Assembly (NCBI GenBank): GCA_044344255.1
Contig: JBIJDH010000014.1
Span: 1-64,000 of the forward strand
Direction of reading: 5' to 3'
From: Myxococcota bacterium
GTDB taxonomy: Bacteria; Myxococcota_A; UBA796; UBA2385
Length of the DNA stretch: 64,000 nucleotides
Part shown: positions 47,291-56,125 of the stretch, in pieces
How positions within the stretch are numbered: the stretch's first letter is position 1
How the letters are laid out: each line of letters begins with the position of its first letter
The notes under the pieces: generated by a model
What the model was told of the DNA's origin: nothing
The model's input: the letters and a program-made list of their open reading frames with translations, nothing else
Databases searched by the model: none
Program-made: the position numbers and the translations under genes

Positions 47291-48811
47291 ATGCGGTCCG
47301 CCCTGCTCGCCATCACCCTGTCCCTCTCGCTGCCCGTCGCCCGGGCGGCCGATCCCGCGCCCGTGGCCGTAGCTCCCGCAGGGGCGCCCCCCAGCGGGGC
47401 CGCGGCCGCCGCGCCCGGGCTCGGCGTGAAGTCGGACCTCCGCGCCGAATACCTGGCGGGAGACCTCATCTTCGTACAGCTCAACCTGAAGAACGGCTCC
47501 ACCGCGGCGATCTCGGCGCCCGACATCGCCCAGCGCCCCTGGTTGGTCGACTTCGAGCTCGGCATGCCCGGGGGGAACCGTCAGCACCGGCGCACCACCG
47601 CGCCCGCCCAGGACGCCGGGCAGACGATCTCCCTCCGCCCCAAGGGCGAGCGGAGCACCCTGCTCGAGATCCCGCTCAGCGACACGCTCAAGCCCGGCAC
47701 GTACACCCTCCGCATGACGGTCGATCTCGGAGCCGGGCGGTCCGCCGCCATCGGCCCCGAGACGATCGTGGTCGCCGCAGCCCGCCCCGTCCACGCCGAC
47801 CTTCGGAGCCAGCGCGATCCTCGCGGCCCCGGCCCGATCCTCTGGGTCCATCAGGCCGCTCGGGGCTTCGACGTCTACCTGCACGACAGCCCCACCGTCG
47901 CCGCCCCCGAGGCCGGGCGGAGCGCCTGGCTGCTGCACAGCGACGCGGCGATCCTCCCGGTGCTGAGCCGCACCAAGGCTGGGGGAGGCGGCAGCCAGCA
48001 CCTCTTGTGGACCACCGGTGACCGCAGCATCCACTTCGCGCGCATCGACGACCAGCGCATCCGCGGCTCCGTCGGCCGCATCGAGACCCCCTGGCCCAAG
48101 GTGGAGCTCCGCGGCGAGCCCGCCACCGACAGCGCCGGCGTCTTGCACGTCCCGCTCTGGATCCCGGCCCCGAAGGGGAGCGGCGGGGAGCTCCGATTGT
48201 TGAGCGTGGACGATCGGGGGCGACCGGCCTTCCGACGCATGGCGCTGCTCACCGCCCCCCCGCTCGAGCTCTCCACCACCGTCGATGACTCCGGCGCGGT
48301 GCACGTGCTCGTCCGTCAGGCCACCCTGCTGGATCTCTACACCGCCTCCCCCGGCCTCGACGACAAGTCCCGCACCGAGGCGCTGCCCGTGCCCGGCCGC
48401 CGAATCGCCTCTGCCGAAGCCGGAGAGACCTGGTTGACCGCTCGCTTCGGGCTCATCGCCGACTCCGGAGAGCAGGCGGGCGGCTTGATGGTCCTCTTGC
48501 TCTCCACCGCAGGCGGCCAGCTTCAACCACGGTGGTTGGGCCTCCGTGGGTCCGTCAACCGCACGCCCGCCCCGGTGCCTTGGCCCGAGGGGCAGACGCT
48601 GCTCGAGCTGCTCGTCGGCGCCACAGACCTCCCCGGTCTCTTGGTCCGGGGCCCCGACGGCCGAACCGCTTGGCTTGAGGGTGGCACCACACCGGTCCGC
48701 CTACCGGAAGGCCGCTGGGCCCTGGCGCGCAGCGCCGACAACACCGCGTTGATCCGCAACGTGGTCAACGGCGGGCCCGTGAAGGTCACCCCCCTCGTCT
48801 CGCGCCCGTAG
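47291..48811 (+). CDS. secreted hypothetical protein
   Basis: Signal peptide ending ARA; Ig-like N-terminal part then beta-rich region. Confidence 0.75.
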   Translation: MRSALLAITLSLSLPVARAADPAPVAVAPAGAPPSGAAAAAPGLGVKSDLRAEYLAGDLIFVQLNLKNGSTAAISAPDIAQRPWLVDFELGMPGGNRQHRRTTAPAQDAGQTISLRPKGERSTLLEIPLSDTLKPGTYTLRMTVDLGAGRSAAIGPETIVVAAARPVHADLRSQRDPRGPGPILWVHQAARGFDVYLHDSPTVAAPEAGRSAWLLHSDAAILPVLSRTKAGGGGSQHLLWTTGDRSIHFARIDDQRIRGSVGRIETPWPKVELRGEPATDSAGVLHVPLWIPAPKGSGGELRLLSVDDRGRPAFRRMALLTAPPLELSTTVDDSGAVHVLVRQATLLDLYTASPGLDDKSRTEALPVPGRRIASAEAGETWLTARFGLIADSGEQAGGLMVLLLSTAGGQLQPRWLGLRGSVNRTPAPVPWPEGQTLLELLVGATDLPGLLVRGPDGRTAWLEGGTTPVRLPEGRWALARSADNTALIRNVVNGGPVKVTPLVSRP

Positions 48812-48843
48812 CGGGATATTCTCGAGGGCGAACGCCAAACGCC

Positions 48844-48872
48844 GACGGGCGCTCCACCAGGGAGCGCCCGTC
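48844..48872 (-). terminator. hairpin terminator between convergent operons
   Basis: 12-bp perfect stem gacgggcgctcc/ggagcgcccgtc; followed by ggcgttt on the minus strand. Confidence 0.7.
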
Positions 48873-48929
48873 ATCGTCCGCAGGAGTCGAGATCGGGAGA
48901 GACCGCAGCCTCAGCCCGGCCCGCTCCGC

Positions 48930-50054
48930 TCAGCCATCGCAGCAGAGCGCAGGGTAGAGCCCACAGAACTGCTCGCGGCTCTCCGCGCCGTACCGCACCC
49001 CACTCTCGACGTCCGACGGATCGGTCAGGAAGTCGAAGGCGCAGGCGTCCTCCGGCGGGTAATCGCCGCACATCTCGGGGTTCGCGCAGCAGAACTGCTG
49101 CAGCTCCTCGACACAGAAGGCGCGCTCCAGCTTGTCGGTGCACTCCACCAGCTCACCGTCGTTCTGGGACTCGCCCCGCACCACACACTCGGTCAAGGGC
49201 GTGTAGACGATGTTCGTCTCGCCGGTCGAGGGGTTGAGGGTGGCCATCACGTCCTGGCAGTCGCCGTCCACCACCATCGCGCCGAAGGACAGGTCGCCGT
49301 CGTCGTAGGGGGTAGAGAAGGTCTGCATCAGCACCGTGTAGCTGGCACCCTCGTGCAGAGCGGTGTCGATGGTGCAATACTCCGGGGAGCCGAGCCCCGA
49401 GTGCTGCCCGTCGATCCCGAACAACGAGGACAACATGTTGCACTGGCTATAGTCGATCTCCAAGGTACGCCCGAGACTATCGGTGTAGAATCCCTTGAAG
49501 TTGCCGATCTCGACGCCGGGCGATCCATTGTAGTAGGACGACAGACCGCCGAAGAGGTCAAGGTCACCGTCGTCGGACGTGTAGTCCGGGTAGTACCAGG
49601 GCCGCACCGTACCCGGGGGGTCTTCAGACACCCCCAGATCGTTGCTCCAGAACACCGTCTCCGGATCCACGATCACGCAGACCGGCCCGCCGGTGCCCTT
49701 GAAGGTGAAGGTGGCGCCACCCTCGACGCCGAGCTCTCCGGTGCCGACCGTCCCGTAGTAGCAGCGGGGGTCTCCACCCGTGCCCTCGCCACCCTCGACG
49801 CCTTCGACCGGATCGATGACGGTCTCACAGAACGAGTAGGCCGCCTCCGCGTCGAAGGAGCTGCCCGCCTCCGCCGGCCACTCGGGCACGTTGGCGCCCT
49901 TGTAGGCGTTCCAGTCATCCGCGCCAATGACGGCCAGCTCCCCGATCTCCACCACAGGCGGCGCGGTCGAGCGGAACTGCGGGAGGAAGTCAGAGGCGTC
50001 CCGGTCACAGCCGAGCAGCACGGAGAGAAGAAGGAGCCCGCTATTCGCCTTCAT
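48930..50054 (-). CDS. acidic Cys-rich lipoprotein
   Basis: MKANSG..LLGC lipobox; many Cys, clustered at the C-terminus. Confidence 0.8.
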   Translation of the reverse strand: MKANSGLLLLSVLLGCDRDASDFLPQFRSTAPPVVEIGELAVIGADDWNAYKGANVPEWPAEAGSSFDAEAAYSFCETVIDPVEGVEGGEGTGGDPRCYYGTVGTGELGVEGGATFTFKGTGGPVCVIVDPETVFWSNDLGVSEDPPGTVRPWYYPDYTSDDGDLDLFGGLSSYYNGSPGVEIGNFKGFYTDSLGRTLEIDYSQCNMLSSLFGIDGQHSGLGSPEYCTIDTALHEGASYTVLMQTFSTPYDDGDLSFGAMVVDGDCQDVMATLNPSTGETNIVYTPLTECVVRGESQNDGELVECTDKLERAFCVEELQQFCCANPEMCGDYPPEDACAFDFLTDPSDVESGVRYGAESREQFCGLYPALCCDG

Positions 50055-50901
50055 ACTTGAACCCCAGGACAACCTCGAAGTCGTCGTCCGGACTGCTGAG
50101 CGTGGGGATCTCACTCGCCACCCAGTCCCCACCGCCGATGTGCTCGGAGGCGTGGTTCAGGATGTCATCGAAGTTGGTGCCCCGGTCGTAAATCTCGTCG
50201 TAATAGCTGTGTGTTTGGCCGTTCTCGCCGATCACACAGCTATCGAAGCCGAAGGAGGTGTCCGGGGAGTCCATCCAGCCCCACACCACCATGCCCTCTT
50301 GGAAGAAGGTGTGGAGGATGTCGACCTCGGCCTCGTAGAAGTCGCCCTTGTCCTTGAAGTCGAGCTCACCCTCCTTGATGAAGTCGACCTCATGGTCGGT
50401 CGAGTACACCTGCTGCTCGTAGCAGCGCTCCCGGTACTCGTCCGCACCCACGGCGACGCCCTCGTCGTTGAGGATCGGGGTGTGCAGCGTGTTGGCGTAA
50501 AAGTCGAGCACGTCCTCAAAGGACTTGTATCGACCCGTGACCAGCTGACAGCGGATCGCCTCGTAGCAGCCCCAGTCGAAGCGCCCGACCGACGTACCGC
50601 CGTAGGGATAGGTGTCGCCCTCGCGGTCCTCGACGACCGGCCCCGTCTCCGGGTAGGCGTAGGTGTGAGCGCCCTCCTGGATGCCCGGGAATACCCCCAA
50701 GTACACCGGCCCAAGGGCCCGCATGTCGCCGGAGACGTTCTCCGCCAGGCTGGTCTCAGGGTTCAGGAAGGCGAGGTCAAGCGCCTCCTTCGGGATCTTC
50801 ACGGTGCCGTGAATGTCCTTGTGGTCGATGACCTCCTCGTACTTGCAGCCGAAGGCCGCAGACAGCAGGGCACCGAAGAGCACGCTTCGGGGGGCGCTCA
50901 T
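50041..50901 (-). CDS. acidic lipoprotein
   Basis: MSAPRS..AFGC lipobox; overlaps both neighbours. Confidence 0.8.
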   Translation of the reverse strand: MSAPRSVLFGALLSAAFGCKYEEVIDHKDIHGTVKIPKEALDLAFLNPETSLAENVSGDMRALGPVYLGVFPGIQEGAHTYAYPETGPVVEDREGDTYPYGGTSVGRFDWGCYEAIRCQLVTGRYKSFEDVLDFYANTLHTPILNDEGVAVGADEYRERCYEQQVYSTDHEVDFIKEGELDFKDKGDFYEAEVDILHTFFQEGMVVWGWMDSPDTSFGFDSCVIGENGQTHSYYDEIYDRGTNFDDILNHASEHIGGGDWVASEIPTLSSPDDDFEVVLGFKYEGE

Positions 50902-53642
50902 AGCCTGTACTCCAGACCGACCTGCAGGGTGATGGGCGACTGACGGGCGTAGGCCCACCGGTTCCGTCCGAAGACCCCCGCAGCTTCGTAGCGCTGGTTG
51001 TTGGTGACGTTGAAGAGGTTGACCACCCCCGACATCTTGCCCTTCTTCACCGGGATCTCCTGAGCCACTCGGATGTCGAGCTTCCAGGCACCTTCGGTGC
51101 GGGCGTAGGAGCCGCGGGTCCACTTGGCGTACCCGAGGGAGGTGAGGCCCTCCTGGTTCGCGTTCTCGTAGAAGCGGCTCACCGGGTAGCCGCTCTCGTA
51201 GCTGATCACACTGCCGACCTGGGTGGTCCAGGGGTCGGTGGGGAGGTCGTAGGTGATGCCGCCCGTCACGTCGTGTCGGATGTCCGTCGTGAGGTAGCCG
51301 TTCTCCCAGTACTCCACCTGCGGGGCGACGCTGAGGAAGTAGCTCGGGCCTTCCTGCACCGAGCCCCGGCTCACCGTGTAGGAGTAGGTGATGTCCATCT
51401 CCCAGTTGTCGGAGCGGACCTTCTGCAGCTCGAGATCGGTGCGGAAGTAGTCGCGGCGGGCGATGCTCGGCGAGCGGAGCCGGGAGTAGCTGAGGGCGTC
51501 CCCGTTGGCGTAGCCGAGGGTGTTGTAGCCGTCCTCGTCCCAGAGCACGTTCGTCTCATCGAAGACGTAGATGTTCCGGGTGAACTTCCCGTTGAAGTAA
51601 GCCTTGATCGCGAGGTCCTTGATGATCTGGCGCTCGGCGCCGAGCAGGAAGGCATCTACATGAGGCGCGGTCAGGTTGTCGAGCACCGTCGTCCGGTTGA
51701 TCGCGGAGTCGTAGCCCGCCGAGCCGTCGAAGCCGTTCAGCGACGGGTAGGCGATGCCCTGGCTACCGAAGTACTGCCCATAGTAGACCTTGGAGCCGAA
51801 GGAGGAGCCGGCCTGCGAGAGGTCGTCGGCGACGGCGAGGTTGCTCGTGTCGTTGAACCGGCCCACCGAGCCCGTCAACTTGGACTTGCCGTCGCTCCAG
51901 GGGTCCCACGAGGTCGTGAAGCGGGGGCCGAGGAGCCCGGCGGAGAGGACCTCTTCCCCGACGTCGTTGGTGAGGGACTGCTGGTCGTAGCGGAGACCGT
52001 AGCGGAAGGTCAGGTTGCTGATCGGCTTGTAGACATCCTGGATGAACAGGCCGAGGGTGTCGCCGGTCAGCTCGTGGAAGTGCGCGCCCGAGACCTCGAA
52101 CCAGTAGTAGGCCTGGGTCGAGTTGGGGTCAAAGTAGGTGCGGTTGACGTCCACGAACTGGAGGTTCCCGGAGAAGCCCACCGCGCGGTTCGTCGAGGTG
52201 CGGTAGAGGTCGGCGCCGATCTTGAGGTCGTGTGTGCCCCAGCCGGGGACCTGGAGGAGGCTGAAGCGGGTCTGCACGCCCATGCGCCAACGATCGTCGA
52301 TCGAGAAGGCGGTCGAGTTACCGTTCGAGTACGCGCCGTTGGCGCCCACGCGGGCGGGGGTGAGGAAGTCCACCGTGTTCTCGAGCTCGTCGGGATCACA
52401 GGGGTTGTAGCCGACCTCCTGATCGTGGGTGCAACCGACCTGGTGGTTCTCGAGGAAGCTCTTCTGGAGGATGGTCTTCGTCTCGAGGAAGGCGCGATCG
52501 GAGATGAACCAGTCCCACTGGAAGGAGCCGAGCCATCCGCCCTGAGCCTGCCGGGACTGCGCCTCGGGCTTGTAGAAGCGGGAGTCCTGGTTCAGGTTGT
52601 CGATCGTCGTGGGGTCGGTCTGGGTGAGCACCGTGAAGCGGTGGGCGGCGACCGGCTGGACCGTCAGCTTACCGAGGAGGTAATGCGCGTCGTAGTCCTG
52701 GGGGAGCGGGTTCCCGCCCACCCGGTACAGCTGGTGCGTGTACTGGTAGGAGGTGAGCAGCCAGGCCTTGTCACGGATCACCGGACCCGACACCGAGAGG
52801 CCAGCCTCGTAAGTCTCGTACTGGCTGTCGAAGTCCGTGGCGACGAGCTGGCTGCCATCCTTCGTGAAGATGGCGTCCTTCTTGGGAGACCAGTTGCCGT
52901 TGGTGACGTAGACGCCGGTGATGATCTTGAGGGTGTTGGTGCCGGAGCTGGTGACGATGTTGATGCCACCGCCGACGTCCGTGCCGTACTCAGGGTCAAA
53001 CTGGCTGATCAGCACCTCGATCTGCTCGATGGCGTCGAAGTTGAAGTTCAGCGAGAAGGTGCCGGTGACGGGGTCGGTGATGTTCACCCCGTCGAGCATG
53101 TAGGTGTTCTCGTTCGAGGCCGAGCCGCCCATGTTGGGGTTCGAGCCGCCGGTGACGCCGGCCGAGAGCTGCACGGCCGCCTGGTAGGAGCGGCCGGTGG
53201 GGATGCGCTCCAGGAACTCCTTCGTCAACACGGTGGTCTGGCCGCCGGACTCGGTGTCAATCACCTTCCGCTCGGCCTCGATGACCATCTCCTCCTGCGC
53301 CACCGAGGCGACCATGTTCACGGTCACCGCGGAGGTACGGCCGATGTTCACGAGGACATCGGTGAGGTTGATCGTCTTGTAGCCCTTGAACTCGGCCTTG
53401 ACGGTGTAGCGGCCAGGCGGCAGCTCGGCGAAGAGGAAGCGACCTTCCCCGTCGGAGTCCTGCTGCTTGACGCCCATCAAGTTGGCGGAGCTGATGGAGA
53501 CGAGCACGCCGGGCATGCCGATCCCCTGCTCATCCACCACATCGCCTTTGATGGAGCCGGTGGTGACGGAGGCGACTGCGATGCCCGGCACGGCAAGCAG
53601 GAGCAGGAGCAGACGCAGCAGGAAGAGGGGGATGCGGGGCAT
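50898..53642 (-). CDS. Oar-like TonB-dependent receptor with carboxypeptidase-regulatory-like N-domain
   Basis: TGSIKG.VVD..G..MPGV.V; LPPGRY; RIPTGRSYQ; ENTYMLDGVNITDP; C-terminal QVGLEYRL. Confidence 0.93.
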   Translation of the reverse strand: MPRIPLFLLRLLLLLLAVPGIAVASVTTGSIKGDVVDEQGIGMPGVLVSISSANLMGVKQQDSDGEGRFLFAELPPGRYTVKAEFKGYKTINLTDVLVNIGRTSAVTVNMVASVAQEEMVIEAERKVIDTESGGQTTVLTKEFLERIPTGRSYQAAVQLSAGVTGGSNPNMGGSASNENTYMLDGVNITDPVTGTFSLNFNFDAIEQIEVLISQFDPEYGTDVGGGINIVTSSGTNTLKIITGVYVTNGNWSPKKDAIFTKDGSQLVATDFDSQYETYEAGLSVSGPVIRDKAWLLTSYQYTHQLYRVGGNPLPQDYDAHYLLGKLTVQPVAAHRFTVLTQTDPTTIDNLNQDSRFYKPEAQSRQAQGGWLGSFQWDWFISDRAFLETKTILQKSFLENHQVGCTHDQEVGYNPCDPDELENTVDFLTPARVGANGAYSNGNSTAFSIDDRWRMGVQTRFSLLQVPGWGTHDLKIGADLYRTSTNRAVGFSGNLQFVDVNRTYFDPNSTQAYYWFEVSGAHFHELTGDTLGLFIQDVYKPISNLTFRYGLRYDQQSLTNDVGEEVLSAGLLGPRFTTSWDPWSDGKSKLTGSVGRFNDTSNLAVADDLSQAGSSFGSKVYYGQYFGSQGIAYPSLNGFDGSAGYDSAINRTTVLDNLTAPHVDAFLLGAERQIIKDLAIKAYFNGKFTRNIYVFDETNVLWDEDGYNTLGYANGDALSYSRLRSPSIARRDYFRTDLELQKVRSDNWEMDITYSYTVSRGSVQEGPSYFLSVAPQVEYWENGYLTTDIRHDVTGGITYDLPTDPWTTQVGSVISYESGYPVSRFYENANQEGLTSLGYAKWTRGSYARTEGAWKLDIRVAQEIPVKKGKMSGVVNLFNVTNNQRYEAAGVFGRNRWAYARQSPITLQVGLEYRL

Positions 53643-53910
53643 CAGGCTGTTCCTTGGATGCGGAGCCTGTGGGGCACTGACCGCGGGATGGGCCAGAAAT
53701 ATGCCGGGCTCGGTACGGTTTTGGGGGCCTGGAAGACGACGGTCAACCAGCTCCCGGACTCCGCGCCTGCACCGGCCCAGGCACAAGAGTGCCCGCGGCG
53801 GCAGAACATGGCATGGTTAGGCGGGCAGCGTCCGAAAGTCAAGGCACCGGGACAAAGTTGGCAGAGGAGGTCGGCGGAGACGTCATTCTTGCGCAGCGAG
53901 GCGGCCGGGC

Positions 53911-53940
53911 TTGACGGGATCACCGCCGGCCCGCTAAGAT
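53911..53940 (+). promoter_or_regulatory. sigma70-like promoter
   Basis: TTGACG-N18-TAAGAT in the divergent intergenic region. Confidence 0.55.
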
Positions 53941-54151
53941 GGTCCGTCGTGTGAGGGCTGGTGACCTCGGTCAGGGCCTTCTGCGGTCTGACAGTGTCTG
54001 ACTCCAGGCTCTGATCCGGCACTTTTCGATAGACGCCATTTTTTAGTCTCACCGGCGGGAGCTCGTCTCCCCCGATCCCTGATGCTTCCCGCACCCTTCG
54101 CCATCGGTGGGCTTGACCCATCGGACCACGGGCGCCTTCGGAGGACGAGCG

Positions 54152-54718
54152 ATGTTCAACAGGACGCTCTTCACGGTGTTGCTCGGGCTCGCCTTCACAG
54201 GCAGCTTCGAGACCGCCGAGGCCACCAGCTTCCGCAAGATGTCCCACGAGGAGGTCGTCGAGGCCTCTGATCTCATCCTGCGCGGCACGGTGATGGAGAT
54301 CTGGACCGAGACCAGCCCCTCCGGTGTCACCTGGACCCGCGTGCAGGTCGAGGTGGAGCACCTCTACAAGGGCGAGCTCAGCTCAGACGTGGTGATCATC
54401 GATCAGATGGGCGGCACGATGGGCGGCTTGACCACCCGGGTCGAGGGCGCGGCGCGCTTCAGCCCCGACGAAGAGGTCCTGCTCTTCCTCGACGTCAACA
54501 AGGCCGGCTACATCCAGCCGATCGGCATGATGAACGGCAAGTACACCATCATGCTGGATCCCCACACGCGGACCGAGGTGCTTCAGCGCTTCGCCCCGTC
54601 CCTCAGCCAGCCCTACGATCACCGCTTCATCCCTCTCCCCAATGAAGCCCACCGGAACACGCTGTCCGAGATGGAGGCCATCATCGCTGGCCCCCGCCCG
54701 ACCGCGGGAGGCAAGTAG
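54152..54718 (+). CDS. secreted protein, propeptide-like partner of matrixin
   Basis: Signal peptide; ATSF..MS.EE.VE.SDLILRGTV..WT.V.V.V...YKG..GG..G..RF...EEVLLFL. Confidence 0.75.
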   Translation: MFNRTLFTVLLGLAFTGSFETAEATSFRKMSHEEVVEASDLILRGTVMEIWTETSPSGVTWTRVQVEVEHLYKGELSSDVVIIDQMGGTMGGLTTRVEGAARFSPDEEVLLFLDVNKAGYIQPIGMMNGKYTIMLDPHTRTEVLQRFAPSLSQPYDHRFIPLPNEAHRNTLSEMEAIIAGPRPTAGGK

Positions 54719-54721
54719 TCC

Positions 54722-56125
54722 ATGACTGGGATGATCCTCCTCCTCTCTCTCGGCATCCAGGACGCCTCGGCCTGGGCCCACACCACTCGGGTGTGGAACC
54801 GCGAGGACATCGGGCCTCTCACCTGGTTCCTCAGCACGCGCGAAGACGAGACCATCGAGTACTCGGCCGTCGGCGGGGAGCTTGACCGCTCCTTCCAGAA
54901 CTGGGTGGAGGCCGCGCCCTGCGCCGCCCTCTCCACCGAGTACAAGGGCGAGAAGCCCATGGAAGAGAACTGGAAGCTCGACGGCCGCGTCTTCATGGTG
55001 TTGGACGACCCCAACGAAGAAGACTGGGTCGACCGGGGCAGCCCCGGCTTCAACCCGGGTATGGACACGGGCGTGCTCGCGGCCACCGTGTGCTTCCCCA
55101 CCACCTACGCCCGCACCTTCCAGGGCGAGAACTACTACTACACCGAAGACTGCGACATCGCCTTCAACTCCGAGATCGACTGGACGACGCGCCAGGAGTT
55201 TGACGACGGCCTGTGCAACGGCGGCACGGTGATGGAGTCGGTGGCCACGCACGAGATCGGGCACCTCTGGGGCCTCGGGCACTCCTGCAATGATCCGCAG
55301 GACAACGACCCCCGCAAGGGCCCCGACGCCTGTGACGATGAGCTCAAGGCCGCGACGATGTTTTGGCAAGGTGGGCCCTGTTCCCTCGAGCAGGCCACCA
55401 TCGAAGCCGACGACATCGAGGGGCTCTATGCCCTCTACGGCCCTTATTGCGAGTTCACCACCACCGAGGCCGAGGGCCGGGTGGCCGGCGGCGCGCCCTT
55501 CGAGGTCTGCTTCGACTACGAGTGCAGCGAGGACCCTTCGGGCTTCGTCTGGGAGTTCGGCGACGGCGAGACCTCCTCCGAAGGCAGCCCCTGCCACACC
55601 TACACGGAGAAGGGGCAGTACTCGGTCGTCTTCACCGCCAGCGGCGGCGGCGACGCAGACTCCGCTTGCCCCACCTGGAGCGCCCCTCACCGCGAGGCCT
55701 CTTACGTGCTCGTGTGCGGGCAGCCCGAGCCCGCCGAGGGCTTCACCGGGCTCTTCACCTACGAGAACGACGTCGGCAACACCCTGCAGTTCGTGAACCA
55801 GACCGACACCACGGTCTACGGCTGCGTGGACTCCGTAGAGTGGGACGTCTACGAGGGCGGCGGCAAGATCCAGGAGGGCGACGAGCCCGTCCAGCGCATC
55901 GACGCCTGGTCCCCGAAGATTGACTTCGGCAAGGCCGGCACCTACCGCGTCGTCCTCAACGTCGGCGGCCCCGGCGGTGAGAGCGCGGGTGAGCTGGTGG
56001 TGAACGTCGGCGACTACCAGGGCGGCTCCTGCAGCACCACCCCGAACGGCGCCAGCCGCACCGGCCTCTACGGGATGCTGGTCGGCCTCGCGGCGATGGC
56101 CTGGCGGCGTCGCAGCCGGGCTTGA
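54722..56125 (+). CDS. matrixin (M10-like) metalloprotease with PKD domain and MYXO-CTERM-like tail
   Basis: HEIGHLWGLGHS, Met-turn ATM, DDIEGL.ALY, WEFGDG PKD, GGSCS...WRRR. Confidence 0.9.
   Translation: MTGMILLLSLGIQDASAWAHTTRVWNREDIGPLTWFLSTREDETIEYSAVGGELDRSFQNWVEAAPCAALSTEYKGEKPMEENWKLDGRVFMVLDDPNEEDWVDRGSPGFNPGMDTGVLAATVCFPTTYARTFQGENYYYTEDCDIAFNSEIDWTTRQEFDDGLCNGGTVMESVATHEIGHLWGLGHSCNDPQDNDPRKGPDACDDELKAATMFWQGGPCSLEQATIEADDIEGLYALYGPYCEFTTTEAEGRVAGGAPFEVCFDYECSEDPSGFVWEFGDGETSSEGSPCHTYTEKGQYSVVFTASGGGDADSACPTWSAPHREASYVLVCGQPEPAEGFTGLFTYENDVGNTLQFVNQTDTTVYGCVDSVEWDVYEGGGKIQEGDEPVQRIDAWSPKIDFGKAGTYRVVLNVGGPGGESAGELVVNVGDYQGGSCSTTPNGASRTGLYGMLVGLAAMAWRRRSRA

Noticed and set aside
51273..53954. 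893-aa plus-strand ORF
   Set aside because: Antisense shadow of the TonB-dependent receptor, typical of high-GC codon bias; no motifs
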